A stretch of 64,000 bases of DNA from Macrostomum lignano. Lineage: Eukaryota. Position 1 is the first letter of the stretch. Every line of letters starts with the position of its first letter. The notes under the pieces are model-generated. The model was given only the letters and a program-made list of their open reading frames with translations. It did no database searches and was not told where the DNA came from. The DNA is taken from positions 124,001-188,000 of the forward strand of contig NIVC01000149.1 of NCBI GenBank assembly GCA_002269645.1, read 5' to 3'. Both the position numbers and the translations under genes were made by a program. Of the stretch, positions 63,101 to 64,000 are shown one piece after another.

Positions 63101-64000
63101 ATGAAGGCAGGAATAGATACTTGGATAGAGATCATGAAGGCAGGAATAGATACTTGGATAGAGATCATGAAGGCAGGAATAGATACTTGGATAGAGATCA
63201 TGAAGGCAGGAATAGATACTTGGATAGAGATCATGAAGGCAGGAATAGATACTTGGATAGAGATCATGAAGGCAGGAATAGATACTTGGATAGAGATCGT
63301 GAAGGCAGGAATAGATACTTGGATAGAGATCATGAAGGCAGGAATAGATACTTGGATAGAGATCGTGAAGGCAGGAATAGATACTTGGATAGAGATCATG
63401 AAGGCAGGAATAGATACTTGGATAGAGATCGTGAAGGCAGGAATAGATACTTGGATAGAGATCGTGAAGGCAGGAATAATACTTGGATAGAGATCATGAA
63501 GGCAGGAATAGATACTTGGATAGAGATCGTGAAGGCAGGAATAGATACTTGGATAGAGATCATGAAGGCAGGAATAGATACTTGGATAGAGATCGTGAAG
63601 GCAGGAATAGATACTTGGATAGAGATCGTGAAGGCAGGAATAGATACTTGGATAGAGATCATGAAGGCAGGAATAGATACTTGGATAGAGATCGTGAAGG
63701 CAGGAATAGATACTTGGATAGAGATCATGAAGGCAGGAATAGATACTTGGATAGAGATCATGAAGGCAGGAATAGATACTTGGATAGAGATCATGAAGGC
63801 AGGAATAGATACTTGGATAGAGATCATGAAGGCAGGAATAGATACTTGGATAGAGATCGTGAAGGCAGGAATAGATACTTGGATAGAGATCATGAAGGCA
63901 GGAATAGATACTTGGATAGAGATCGTGAAGGCAGGAATAGATACTTGGATAGAGATCGTGAAGGCAGGAATAGATACTTGGATAGAGATCATGAAGGCAG
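57175..64000. repeat. 33-bp satellite (GAAGGCAGGAATAGATACTTGGATAGAGATCAT), over 200 copies, runs off the window
   Basis: Highly homogeneous tandem array with CAT/CGT variants; the long ORFs on both strands arise from a stop-free monomer. Confidence 0.99.

Noticed and set aside
57098-63992. Long ORFs of 200-549 aa
   Set aside because: They are translations of a stop-free 33-bp monomer on both strands with frame-shifting indels.

Overview
Animal genomic DNA with short GC-rich exons and minisatellite-filled introns. This resembles Macrostomum-type flatworm sequence, but the organism is inferred, not verified. Left end: the first three coding exons of a minus-strand SH2 + ankyrin-repeat gene (Shark/HTK16-like), running off the window. 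About 2.5-23.4 kb: AT-rich, CpG-depleted transposon remains (mariner, Tc1/maT-like and Gypsy relics) plus intact MITEs with target-site duplications. 23931-53789 (+): a PLAT-lipoxygenase-family gene that appears to have lost two iron ligands. Its 24.2-kb last intron holds the main finding, 13 copies of a 178-nt element that folds as a box H/ACA snoRNA. The two guide pockets match two conserved 18S rRNA pseudouridine sites (yeast U1191, the m1acp3-psi site, and yeast U1290). The array is split by a 17-kb head-to-tail trimer of a non-autonomous Helentron-like element carrying a 51-bp GC-rich satellite and paired RFX X-box motifs. Right end: a short-unit minisatellite, an orphan GC-rich segment and a 33-bp satellite running off the window. 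All alignments, folds and counts were done by eye; no database searches were run.
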